Below are positions 29,058 through 38,085 of a stretch of 64,000 bases of DNA, one piece after another. Below the pieces are notes generated by a model that was given only the letters and a program-made list of their open reading frames with translations, did no database searches and was not told where the DNA came from. Location of the stretch: the NCBI GenBank assembly GCA_044892525.1, contig CM097885.1, positions 29,390,001-29,454,000 of the forward strand, written 5' to 3'. Each line of letters begins with the position of its first letter. Within the stretch, counting starts at the first letter, position 1. Position numbers and translations under genes: made by a program. Source of the DNA: Schmidtea polychroa (lineage: Eukaryota).

Positions 29058-30640
29058 CATTAAAATTTCCATTTAAATTTTCATTATAAATTACATTTCT
29101 CAAAAAAGTTGGTGGTTATTCAATCTTTTGATAATAAATTTAAAAATCTTAGTTTAATTTACTTATTACATTACTTATTTAAAAATTATTACTTTAATTT
29201 ACTCATTTAGCTTTAATTTAAAATTTAAACCATTGTTTACTTTAATTTAAAATTTTGAACCTTAATTTACTTTTTTAAAATTTTTAACTTTAATTTACTT
29301 ATCCTTAATTTACCTATTTATCCTTTATTACTTAATTTTACACCATAATTCACTAAACAACTAATTATAACCCTTATTTTCATATTTAACTAATAAATTT
29401 CATGTGGTCATTGATTAATTGACGAAAATTTGCATCTAAAATTAACATTGAAAATCCTAGAAAACTTTCATCTTAAATTGACTTTAACTTTAATATTTTA
29501 GACCATTGATTAGTTAATTTTAAAATAAAACATTAATTTACCTATTTAACCAATAATTTCATGTGGTCATCTGGTTATAAGTACTTGGTATCTAGTTGTT
29601 AGTACTTGGTTAATAATGCTTAGTACCTGGTTGTTGTTGGTTGTAAGTACTTAGTATCTAGTACCTAGTTAGTTGGTTGTTTCAGGTTGTTAGTACTTGG
29701 TTGATAATGCTTAGTACCTGGTTGTTTTCGGTTGTGAGTAGTTGGTTAGTGGTAGCTAGTTGTTAGCTGGTTGATAGTACTTGGTATCTAGTAAATGGGT
29801 AGGTGGTTGTTGTCGGTTGTGAGTAGTTGGTATCAGGTTGTTAGTATCTAGTTGTAGGTATCTGGTTGCTGTTGGTTGTAAGTACTTGGTAGGTGGTTGT
29901 AGGTACTTAATAGTTGTTAACTGGTTGTTGGTATCTAGTTGTAGGTATCTGGTTGTTTTTGGTTGTTAGTACTTGGTATCTAGTACCTAGTTAGCTGGTT
30001 GTAGCTAGTTAATGGGTAGGTGGTTGCTAGTTGTTAGCTGGTTGTAGGTACTTAGTATCAGGTAACTGATTGTTAGTAACTAGTTGTAGGTTGTAGGTAC
30101 TTAGTAGGTGGTTGTAGGTACTTGGTTGATAATGCTTAGTACTTGGTTGTTGTCGGTTGTTAGTACTTGGTAGGTGGTAGCTAGTTGGTTGTAGGTACTT
30201 AGTAGTTGGTTAATAATGCTTAGTACCTGGTTGTTGTTGGTTGTAAGTACTTAGTTGTTGGTAATTAATGCTTAGTACTTGGTTGTGGTTGGTTGTATGT
30301 ACTTGGTTGGTGGTAGCTAGTTGTTAGCTGGTTGTTTTTGGATGTTAGTACTTGGTGCCTAGTTGGTTGCTTGTTTTTGGATGTTAGTACTTGGTAGCAG
30401 GTAACTAGTTGTTAGTAACTAGTTGTTAGTAACTAGTTGTAAGTACTTGGTATCTGGTTGTAAGTACTTGGTATCTGGTTGTAAGTACTTGGTAACAGGT
30501 AACATGTTGTTAGTACTTGTTATCAGGTAACTGACTGTTAGTACTTGGTAACAGGTAACTGACTGTTAGTAACTAGTTGTAGGTATCCAGTTGTAAATAC
30601 ATATTCGTAAGTTACTGGTTATTGGTACTAAGTTGTTGGT
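26415..30640 (-). repeat. Right inverted arm of element B
   Basis: Reverse complement of the left arm; the satellite portion 29580-30600 is reshuffled. Confidence 0.92.
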
Positions 30641-30679
30641 ATCAGGTTGTTAGTCACTAGATGTAGGTATCTGGTTGTA

Positions 30680-30975
30680 AATACTTGTAATACACAAGTA
30701 TTTACTGCATTCTGTACATTAATTTTCGGATTCAATGACTTTATCAACAAAGCCTCACAAATCACACGTTCCCAATAATTATCGAAATTTTTTAATAAAA
30801 TTTTAAAATCAGACATACCTATTTTAATTTTACAGCATTTATTGTGCTCACTAATATGGGTAAAAGCCTTCGGTCTATAATGTTCTCGAACTCGAATTCA
30901 GAAATGACTGGAAGTCTCTCCAATGTATGTGCATTACATCCATTACATTTAAACTGATAAACGAGAGTGTTTTGA
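30680..30975 (-). pseudogene. Penelope-like element GIY-YIG endonuclease remnant
   Basis: LVYQFKCNGCNA/TYIGETSSHF*IRVREH...SEH...FKILL...ERVICEALLIKSLNPKINVQ, with one frameshift and one TGA. Confidence 0.85.
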
Positions 30976-31213
30976 GTGTTTTTAAATAATTATTTTTGTA
31001 TATTGTATGTATTGATTGTTGTATTAAATTAAATAATTTATAAAATTTTTAAATTATTAAATTAAATTTTCAATGCTAAATTTTAAAAAATAATATATTA
31101 ATTTAATTATATTCTTTTAAAAATAATTAAATGTTTTTATTAAATAAAAAATTTTTTTTATATATAATTATTAAATTTGTTTAAAATCCTTAATTTGTAT
31201 AGTTATTAAATCC

Positions 31214-31252
31214 CACATGATGATGACAGGAAAACTGTCGAAATATATCGTG
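31214..31252 (+). ncRNA. Minimal (Penelope-type) hammerhead ribozyme candidate, C3 variant
   Basis: cac-ATGATGA-T-GACAG-gaaaa-CTGTC-GAAA-TATA-TC-gtg: stem II, GAAA, palindromic tetranucleotide helix III, UC site. Confidence 0.6.
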
Positions 31253-31318
31253 AAAAGAATGTTTGATTGGCGTTATCTTATAATTAAATCATTGCCATGT
31301 ATGTTTAACTATTTATTC

Positions 31319-31400
<82 letters not shown>

Positions 31401-31706
31401 GCGTAATAAATAGCGTATATAAATGGTCATTAGAGGCTTTATTTGAAAATATTTTGAAATATTTTATTAGGCGTCTAGAAGCTAATTATAGAAGCTTTAA
31501 AAAATTTAAAGGTTTTAGTTTTTGTCATTTTGAGTTTTAAATGATATTTATTTTATTTTAATTTTAAAAAAAATATTTTAAAAAAATATCCAAAAAAGAA
31601 AGTATATCATTATATTATATTATATTAATAGCCAAAAGGAATCAAGAAAAAAGAAATAAAAGAAAGATAGAAATGTATTTTCGGAAAGGAGATTGCGAAT
31701 TTCTAG

Positions 31707-31746
31707 GAGATTGACAAGGACTATCTTATAGTCGAAAAGTTTTTCA
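31707..31746 (+). ncRNA. Minimal (Penelope-type) hammerhead ribozyme candidate, U3-A8 core variant
   Basis: ga-TTGACAA-G-GACTAT-ctt-ATAGTC-GAAA-AGTT-TT-tc. Confidence 0.5.
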
Positions 31747-31830
31747 TTAAATACATTATTTGCAGCAAAAGGCTTAAATTATCACTTTATTGTTTTAAAT
31801 AATAAATGCTCCTACCAAGAAATCATCACT

Positions 31831-31832
<2 letters not shown>

Positions 31833-31902
<70 letters not shown>

Positions 31903-31906
31903 TTAT

Positions 31907-31975
<69 letters not shown>
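31833..31975. repeat. (AAT)n microsatellite, the insertion site of Polinton 1 (continues 46507-46552; another tract at 31319-31399)
   Basis: Direct reading. Confidence 0.95.
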
Positions 31976-31976
<1 letters not shown>

Positions 31977-32121
31977 GTAGTAGTGTGTTTATATCCCTAA
32001 CCAAAACAGCCCTCCCAACAAAACATACCTCCATTACGCCTAAACCATTAGAAAAACAACCTAAAACCTATACTTTTATAATATTTTAACCCTATATTTT
32101 TGAAAACAACCACCCTTAATA

Positions 32122-32375
32122 CTGCCCTCCTTATCAAATAGACCGTAACTGACAAAACTACAAAAATCGAGTTAGAGGCGTCAACTGTATGCAGTTGCAA
32201 TTAACCTTCATTCTGCTTAGCGATAACACCGTAACTGCATCACTAGGCCTAGATGCAAACAAATATAAATGGATGATTGGTTTAGGTTTACTGGTTGGCA
32301 GAATTGAAAACACGTTTTGCTATTTATCTCCTAAGTGTATTTTTGCAGTTACGGTCTATTTGATAAGGAGGGCAG
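32122..32375. mobile_element. MITE inserted in the left TIR; 30 bp TIRs and 4 bp TSD AATA (superfamily uncertain, Sola-like TSD length)
   Basis: CTGCCCTCCTTATCAAATAGACCGTAACTG..CAGTTACGGTCTATTTGATAAGGAGGGCAG; the empty site CCCTTAATACCCC is present in the right TIR. Confidence 0.9.
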
Positions 32376-32621
32376 AATACCCCTAACTGTTTTAATCTTT
32401 AAAGCCTCAAACTCAAAACATAAAGAGAATAGAAAAGAAAATGGTATAATGAAAAAGTTAGAGGGCTATTTTGGTTAGGGATATAAACACACTACTTGAG
32501 ACATTGTTTTGATCGTAATCAAACTCTAGAGTTGATCTTTATCAGATTATTGATTTTAAATTATATAAAACTTAAAAAATTGAAAAAGAATAAAAAATTT
32601 TATGAAATAGTAAAACTGCTC

Positions 32622-32995
32622 TGAGAGGACAGTGGTATTTTTTTTTTTTTTTCACTGTCCTCTCAACAGTTTTTTTGATCCGGATCATTTTTTTATTCAA
32701 CCTCTTTCGTTTATCAAATCTCTTCCAATATACAAGCTGGCCAGACTCATACATCAGAATCAATCCGATAATAGCAGCACACCTTATTATTCGCTTCTCG
32801 CTCGAATACGATTTCATCGGCGTTTTAAGTGTGCTGCTCGAAAGTACAAATGAATTCGAAAGCGAATCCGAAAGAGGTCCAAAAACAACTGAGAAATAAA
32901 TGTACACAGTTAGGAATCGATCCGGGTGTGTTCGAAAGACTGGTGGCGATAATTACCGGTTCGCCACCATCACCCGTTTCAATAATTTTTTTTTC
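32622..32995. ncRNA. Candidate structured RNA or ssDNA element within the TIR (copies at ~45724-46105 and ~55807-56170)
   Basis: Nested perfect helices of 13, 10, 10, 9 and 6 bp in a GC-richer island. Confidence 0.45.
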
Positions 32996-33256
32996 ATATT
33001 TATGTTTAAAAATAAAATAATTAATAAAATAAATAAAATAAATAAAATAAATAAAAAAAATAAAATAAATAAAATAAATAAAATAAATAAAATAAATAAA
33101 ATAAATAAAATAAATAAAATAAATAAAATAAATAAAATAAATAAAATAAATAAAATAAAATAAAATAAAATATAAATAAATAAAATAAAATATAAATCTA
33201 AGATACCCACACCATTTTCAATATTATTTTCAAATTTTTAATATTATTTTATGTTG

Positions 33257-33337
33257 AAAAAAAACTAACCTCAGATGTGATTTGAACCGCTATCTATTTG
33301 CACTACTGTGCCAGTCTAGCCCACTGCGCTATCGGGC
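33257..33337 (-). ncRNA. tRNA-like Pol III unit in the left TIR
   Basis: A box TAGCGCAGTGG, B box GGTTCAAATCA, T8 terminator. Confidence 0.6.
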
Positions 33338-33376
33338 TTTGGATTTTTTGTCATTTTTTAAATTTTTATTATAAAA

Positions 33377-34654
33377 ATGAATAATATAAATCTTAAAATT
33401 CAAGAAAAAAATAAATTAAATCTTGATTATAATAAAGAATTTACTCATGAAATCAAGAAAAATGATATTTTAAAAATCTCGCCAACTTCAGGATCTATAG
33501 CAAACTTAAATCGTAGGGGTGATATAGTTTTTCAATCTCTTCAAACATCAAACCCAATAGATATTTGTAATGCCAAATTATATTATAAAATTGAATTAGA
33601 AATTGAAGCAAACAAAGATATAACCCTAGAAAATAATTTCTTTCCAAATTTATTCTCCAACATGAGATTAAAACTAGGATCATCAGAAATTGAAACTGTT
33701 TTACATCCAGGAGTATATTCTACAATGTTAAATTTTATTTTGACAGGTTGTGATTATAAAAACGAATATTGGATTCCTGATGTTAATAAAGGAGATTTAG
33801 ATAAAGATGGTTTAGATATAAATTATGGTTATTATAAAAGAGCTGAACTTTATAAATCTAAAAAATTTGACGGTTATTTTGAATTAAAACATTTATTTGG
33901 ATTCCTTCAAAATTATAACCGTGTACTTCATAATGTTTCTATAGAATTCATCTGTAATAGACTAGAAGGTGATAAAAGATTGTTCTATGGAGCTGCAGAT
34001 ACAAAAGCTAAATTAAAATTATCAACACTTGAATTGCATATACCTGAATGGACATTAAACCCACATTCTGAAATCAAACTCCTTGAAAGATTAAATTCCA
34101 ACAAATCTATAAATGTAAATTATTTAAATAGAATCTGTAGTGAATTTAGTATGACAGAGGGTTCAACATATTCTATAAAGGTAGCAAATTTAGCATACCA
34201 ACCAAGATATATCTTGATTGGATTCAAAGAAGTAGATTCATCTTTCCAAAAAAATAACAACTTGTTTATTCAAAAGATTGGAGATGATAATTTAAAAACA
34301 ATCCAAATTCAATTAAATAGTTCTTATTATCCAATAAATAGAATGGAATTTAATATTGAAAATAATGAAAACATATTCCCATATCTAAATTATATTGAAA
34401 CATGTTATGATTTCAAAGTTGAACCGCAATTAAGTTTAGAAGATTTCAAAAATTTATATTCTATATTTTGTATAAATGTATCAGATCAAGATGATAGATT
34501 AGCCATAAATAATGTTGATGTTACACTTCATGTAACAAAGGATTCTAATTTCAAAGCTAAAGTATATACATTAATATTAGAAGAAAAGAAAATAGAAATG
34601 AAATTATATGGTGGAAAGATTTCAATTATTGAAAATGTTAGGGGAGATTCTTGA
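33377..34654 (+). CDS. Major capsid protein (double jelly-roll, Polinton type)
   Basis: 425 aa; ITLENNFFPNLFSNMRLKLGSSEIE..PG..STM, PRYILIGF, QIQLNSSYYP and YSIFCINVS motifs; genomic context. Confidence 0.85.
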   Translation: MNNINLKIQEKNKLNLDYNKEFTHEIKKNDILKISPTSGSIANLNRRGDIVFQSLQTSNPIDICNAKLYYKIELEIEANKDITLENNFFPNLFSNMRLKLGSSEIETVLHPGVYSTMLNFILTGCDYKNEYWIPDVNKGDLDKDGLDINYGYYKRAELYKSKKFDGYFELKHLFGFLQNYNRVLHNVSIEFICNRLEGDKRLFYGAADTKAKLKLSTLELHIPEWTLNPHSEIKLLERLNSNKSINVNYLNRICSEFSMTEGSTYSIKVANLAYQPRYILIGFKEVDSSFQKNNNLFIQKIGDDNLKTIQIQLNSSYYPINRMEFNIENNENIFPYLNYIETCYDFKVEPQLSLEDFKNLYSIFCINVSDQDDRLAINNVDVTLHVTKDSNFKAKVYTLILEEKKIEMKLYGGKISIIENVRGDS

Positions 34655-34683
34655 TATAATCCCTGATATTTTAACATTTTAAA

Positions 34684-36075
34684 ATGTCTCTAAATAAACG
34701 GTATTGGAGATGTGAAACTTGTAATTGTCAAGTTACAAAACATCACAAAGCAAATCATTTAAAAACTAAAAAACATACAGGAGGTGATCTACAATCTTCA
34801 AAAACAACATCTTCAATATTAAAACCTTTTACTACAGAAAAATATCCAGGTGAAAGACATTTATTTAAACACAACTATACCGGACCAGGAACACGTCTAG
34901 ATATTAGATTAGATAAAAATAATAATCCTAAACAAGGAGAAGAACCAATAAATAGAATTGATCAAGCAGCTTTAAAACATGACATTGCTTACAATTCAGA
35001 AGATCTTAGAGATAGACATGTTGCAGATGTGAATTTAATACATGATTTAAATAGTATCCAAAATACATCAACCCAAGAAAAGATTCAAAGAGCTCTAGTT
35101 AAATTAGCAATGAAAGGTAAGATTTTCATAGGCTTAGGACACAGTCCGATCACAATGGGTGCAAGACTTCCTAAGAAAGCAAAAGATGTTGCTAATAAAA
35201 AGATTATCGAACAAGCAGAGATTGAAAGATCCCTCGAGAGTACAGCCAAGACTAGTTTACAAACCCCAACAGAATCAGAAATAAAATATGCCAACGAATT
35301 ACACCATGAATTTAGAAAAAATAAAAAATATTTAAAAGTTCAAGTACATGAAAAAGATCAAACATGGTCTGCAGATTTAGTCTTTATGCCAACCAAATCA
35401 TCAGACCCTGAAAAATATAAAATAATTTTAACTGTAATAGATTTATATACAAGATTTGCTTTTGCAAGGTGTTTAGAAAATAAAACAGGATATTCTATTA
35501 CAGAAGCATTTGAAAATATATTTGAAGAATATCAAAGAATTCCAAAATATTTATGGTGTGATAAAGGAACAGAATTTTATAACAAAGTTTTTACAAAGTT
35601 TTTAAATGAAAATGATATTAAATTATATTCAACAGAAAACGAAGGAAAAGCAGTTGTGGTTGAAAGATTAAATAGAACATTAAAAAATAAAATGTGGAAA
35701 TATTTTACTGCTATTGGAAAACAAAAATGGAACAATGAATTGTTACAAATGATTGTAAATGAATATAATAATGATGTACATAGTTCTATAAAATCAACAC
35801 CCTTAAATGCTTCCTTGAATCCTGAAACCATTAAAGTGGTAAATATTGAAAATGATGTTATTGAAAAACCAAAGTTTAAAATTGGTGACTGAGTAAGAAT
35901 ATTTAAATATAAAAATAAATTTGAAAAAGGATTCACAGCAAAATGGACAAATGAAATTTTTATTATAAATAAAATACATTATACAACTCCAATAACATAT
36001 AGCATCATTGATTTAAATAATGAAAAAATATTAGGTAGATTTTATAATAATGAGTTACAAAAAACAGATTTCTAA
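34684..36075 (+). pseudogene. int: Zinc finger - parvovirus-type phospholipase A2 - retroviral-like (rve) integrase fusion with a premature stop at 35890-35892
   Basis: CETC..HLKTKKH; NYTGPG and DQAALKHDIAY; DDE motifs WSADL, CDKGTEF, VERLNRTLK. The frame continues KFKIGD*VRI..FEKGFTAKWTNEIF..GRFYNNELQKTDF to TAA at 36073-36075. Confidence 0.92.
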
Positions 36076-36638
36076 AACAAACTTTTCCATATTTCAGCTT
36101 CTTCTCTATCCAAATAAATATAATTATATTTTTCTCTCCAATGATTATCAACAAACATATCAAACATATTCTTATCAGGTTCAACATTTGAAAATAAGTC
36201 ATTATAAATCATATTCTTATCACGGCGATCTAATTTAAAAAATATAAAACAATTAGAATTATTTCTTATAGAGTTTTTATCTAAAGCATAATAAGTTTGA
36301 GATATATAAATAACATTACAATTATTATGTCGACCTCGTGTAAAGTAACTCTTTTGAATCTCTTGATTTTTCATGTTAACAACATCATTAAATATAACTA
36401 GATTCTTTTTATCTTTAGGAAGTAAATCACAATGTAAAACATCTTCAGGTTTATTAGAGAATAAAACTTGAATCCATTCATTTTCACAAATATAATCATC
36501 TTCAAGCAACATCCTCAAAAGAAGTACATTCTTTCCACATCCAGAAGAACCAACAATTAATAATCTAAAATTATCAGGAAATACTTTATTATTAAATTTA
36601 CTCTTATGTCTATTTAAAATTGGTTTCCAAATATCCAT
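36072..36638 (-). CDS. A32/FtsK-like DNA packaging ATPase (possibly degenerate)
   Basis: Walker A GSSGCGKN, Walker B LVIFND, RGRH..IYISQ; likely start AAAATG at 36638. Confidence 0.88.
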   Translation of the reverse strand: MDIWKPILNRHKSKFNNKVFPDNFRLLIVGSSGCGKNVLLLRMLLEDDYICENEWIQVLFSNKPEDVLHCDLLPKDKKNLVIFNDVVNMKNQEIQKSYFTRGRHNNCNVIYISQTYYALDKNSIRNNSNCFIFFKLDRRDKNMIYNDLFSNVEPDKNMFDMFVDNHWREKYNYIYLDREEAEIWKSLF

Positions 36639-36653
36639 TTTATTTATTATAAA

Positions 36654-37202
36654 ATGACAACGGAAGAATCTTTGCAAGAATTAATAAATTCAAATAAAAA
36701 TAAATCAGTAGTAATTGATGGTAAAAAATATTTTATTGGAAAACATGTAAAAGAACAAGTTAAAGAACGTATTAGAGAAGGTGGCATTCTTCCATTAGCT
36801 GCTTTAATACCTGCAATCATTGCTGCTTTATCAGGTGCTGCTGGAATAGCTGGAGGAATTGCAACTACAGTTCAAAAAGCTAAAGAATCTCAAAAGACAG
36901 ACCTTGAAAAAGAAAAACTACAAACTGAAATCGAGAAAATGAAGGTAGGGCAAGCTAAAGGAAAAGGTCTCTATCTTAATCCATATCAGGGCAAAGGTCT
37001 CTATCTTGATCCATATAAAGGCAGAGGTTTAAATGACTTTTTAAAAAATCAAATTTCAACATCTGAATCTTTATCATCAAAAGATAAAGATGATTTTAAA
37101 AAAATATGTAAATCTTTAAAGAATGGGTGTATTTGTAAAATTGGAGGAACTCCACAGAATAGTGGTAAAGGATTGTATTTAAAACCTTGGAAGGAACAAT
37201 GA
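36654..37202 (+). CDS. Virion core or membrane-active protein resembling the adenovirus pX C-terminus
   Basis: GGILPLAALIPAIIAALSGAAGIAGGIA hydrophobic segment; three GKGLYL repeats. Confidence 0.65.
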   Translation: MTTEESLQELINSNKNKSVVIDGKKYFIGKHVKEQVKERIREGGILPLAALIPAIIAALSGAAGIAGGIATTVQKAKESQKTDLEKEKLQTEIEKMKVGQAKGKGLYLNPYQGKGLYLDPYKGRGLNDFLKNQISTSESLSSKDKDDFKKICKSLKNGCICKIGGTPQNSGKGLYLKPWKEQ

Positions 37203-37224
37203 TACCATTTTTAATACCATTAAA

Positions 37225-38063
37225 ATGGTATATGAAGAAAGATTAGCACTTTTAAAAAAATTACAATCAGAACAAAACAAGTATAATAAAAAAGATACAA
37301 CTCAACAAACTGAATCTATAATATTAAATGAGGTAATCCAACAACAACAAGGACCAACAATTAAAGCTATAGAGAGACTTAAAACTATAGAAGCTCCTCT
37401 AACCCCCGAACATAAAGCTATAGAAGCCCCTAAAAAGGAATTACTAAGATTAGTAGGAAAAAACGTAGAAATAATATTGATTTAGAAGAAGATGAATTTC
37501 TTTCAAGATTAACACCTCATAAGACTCCAATTAATTTTAAAATTAATACATCACTAGCTCCATCAATTATACCTACTATAGGTTATGATCCTAGAGGTTT
37601 TCAAACAATAACAATTAATAATCAAAAATTTTATATATATTTAAATTCAGAAAATAATCCATCGATTATTTCAACAAATACTTTTATGAATAGAGAGCGT
37701 GTTGACATTGAACTTTCAGATGATTTTCATGGATTAATTTCTGGATATATTCCAGATGGTGTCAAGAATGAAGAAATTGATAAATATTTAAACTTAATAA
37801 AATTAATAAATGGTAGCCCTAAAGCAAAACATATTAAAGATTTAAAGAAATATAAAGATAGAGATAAAACAGGCCCTCAAATTCAAATCATTGAAGGAGA
37901 AGGCCTCAACCCTATAAATCTTTTTATTGAATTAAGAAAACTATTAGCAGCTAAAAAAGCAGGACATAATAATTTAGATTCTGATATTTTAAAGATTTCT
38001 AAAGATTTGTTAAAACAAGGAATAATTTCAAAAGATAAATTTAATAAGTATACGAAGTTATAA
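37225..38063 (+). pseudogene. Polinton hypothetical protein split by a frameshift
   Basis: The second frame is open from ~37434 (ITKISRKKRRNNIDLEEDEF...) through to the ORF at 37686-38063, which ends GEGL..LLAAKKAGHNN. Confidence 0.65.
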
Positions 38064-38085
38064 ATACGAAGTTATAAAATACAAA

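Larger units (their letters stand above)
19024..30640. mobile_element. Second giant fold-back element related to element A (element B); right outer end missing
   Basis: Putative left end AGTAGGTAGTTAGGGG followed by a C7-G14 tract and subterminal arrays; inverted arms 20401-24465 and 26415-30640; shares the 100 bp module and internal homology with element A (e.g. 24533-24700 vs 9113-9290). Confidence 0.7.
31976..33371 (+). repeat. Left TIR of Polinton 1
   Basis: Reverse complement of 45478-46506, apart from a 254 bp MITE and a longer AATAA array. Confidence 0.95.

Noticed and set aside
32572..33210. Overlapping short ORFs in the TIRs (also 45607-46169 and 55869-56084)
   Set aside because: Present on both strands, their starts and ends vary with homopolymer length between copies, and they show no recognisable domain.
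33257..33337. Calling the TIR unit a canonical tRNA gene
   Set aside because: No convincing cloverleaf or anticodon arm; reported only as a tRNA-like Pol III unit.
35890..35892. TGA inside integrase as programmed readthrough or an alternative genetic code
   Set aside because: TGA terminates several neighbouring genes (capsid, penton, polB); a point mutation at a probable Arg codon is simpler.
38049..38075. Exact 13 bp loxP half-site TATACGAAGTTAT (also at 63848-63860) with a partial direct repeat
   Set aside because: No inverted partner across an 8 bp spacer; it overlaps a coding end in both natural copies; most likely coincidence.
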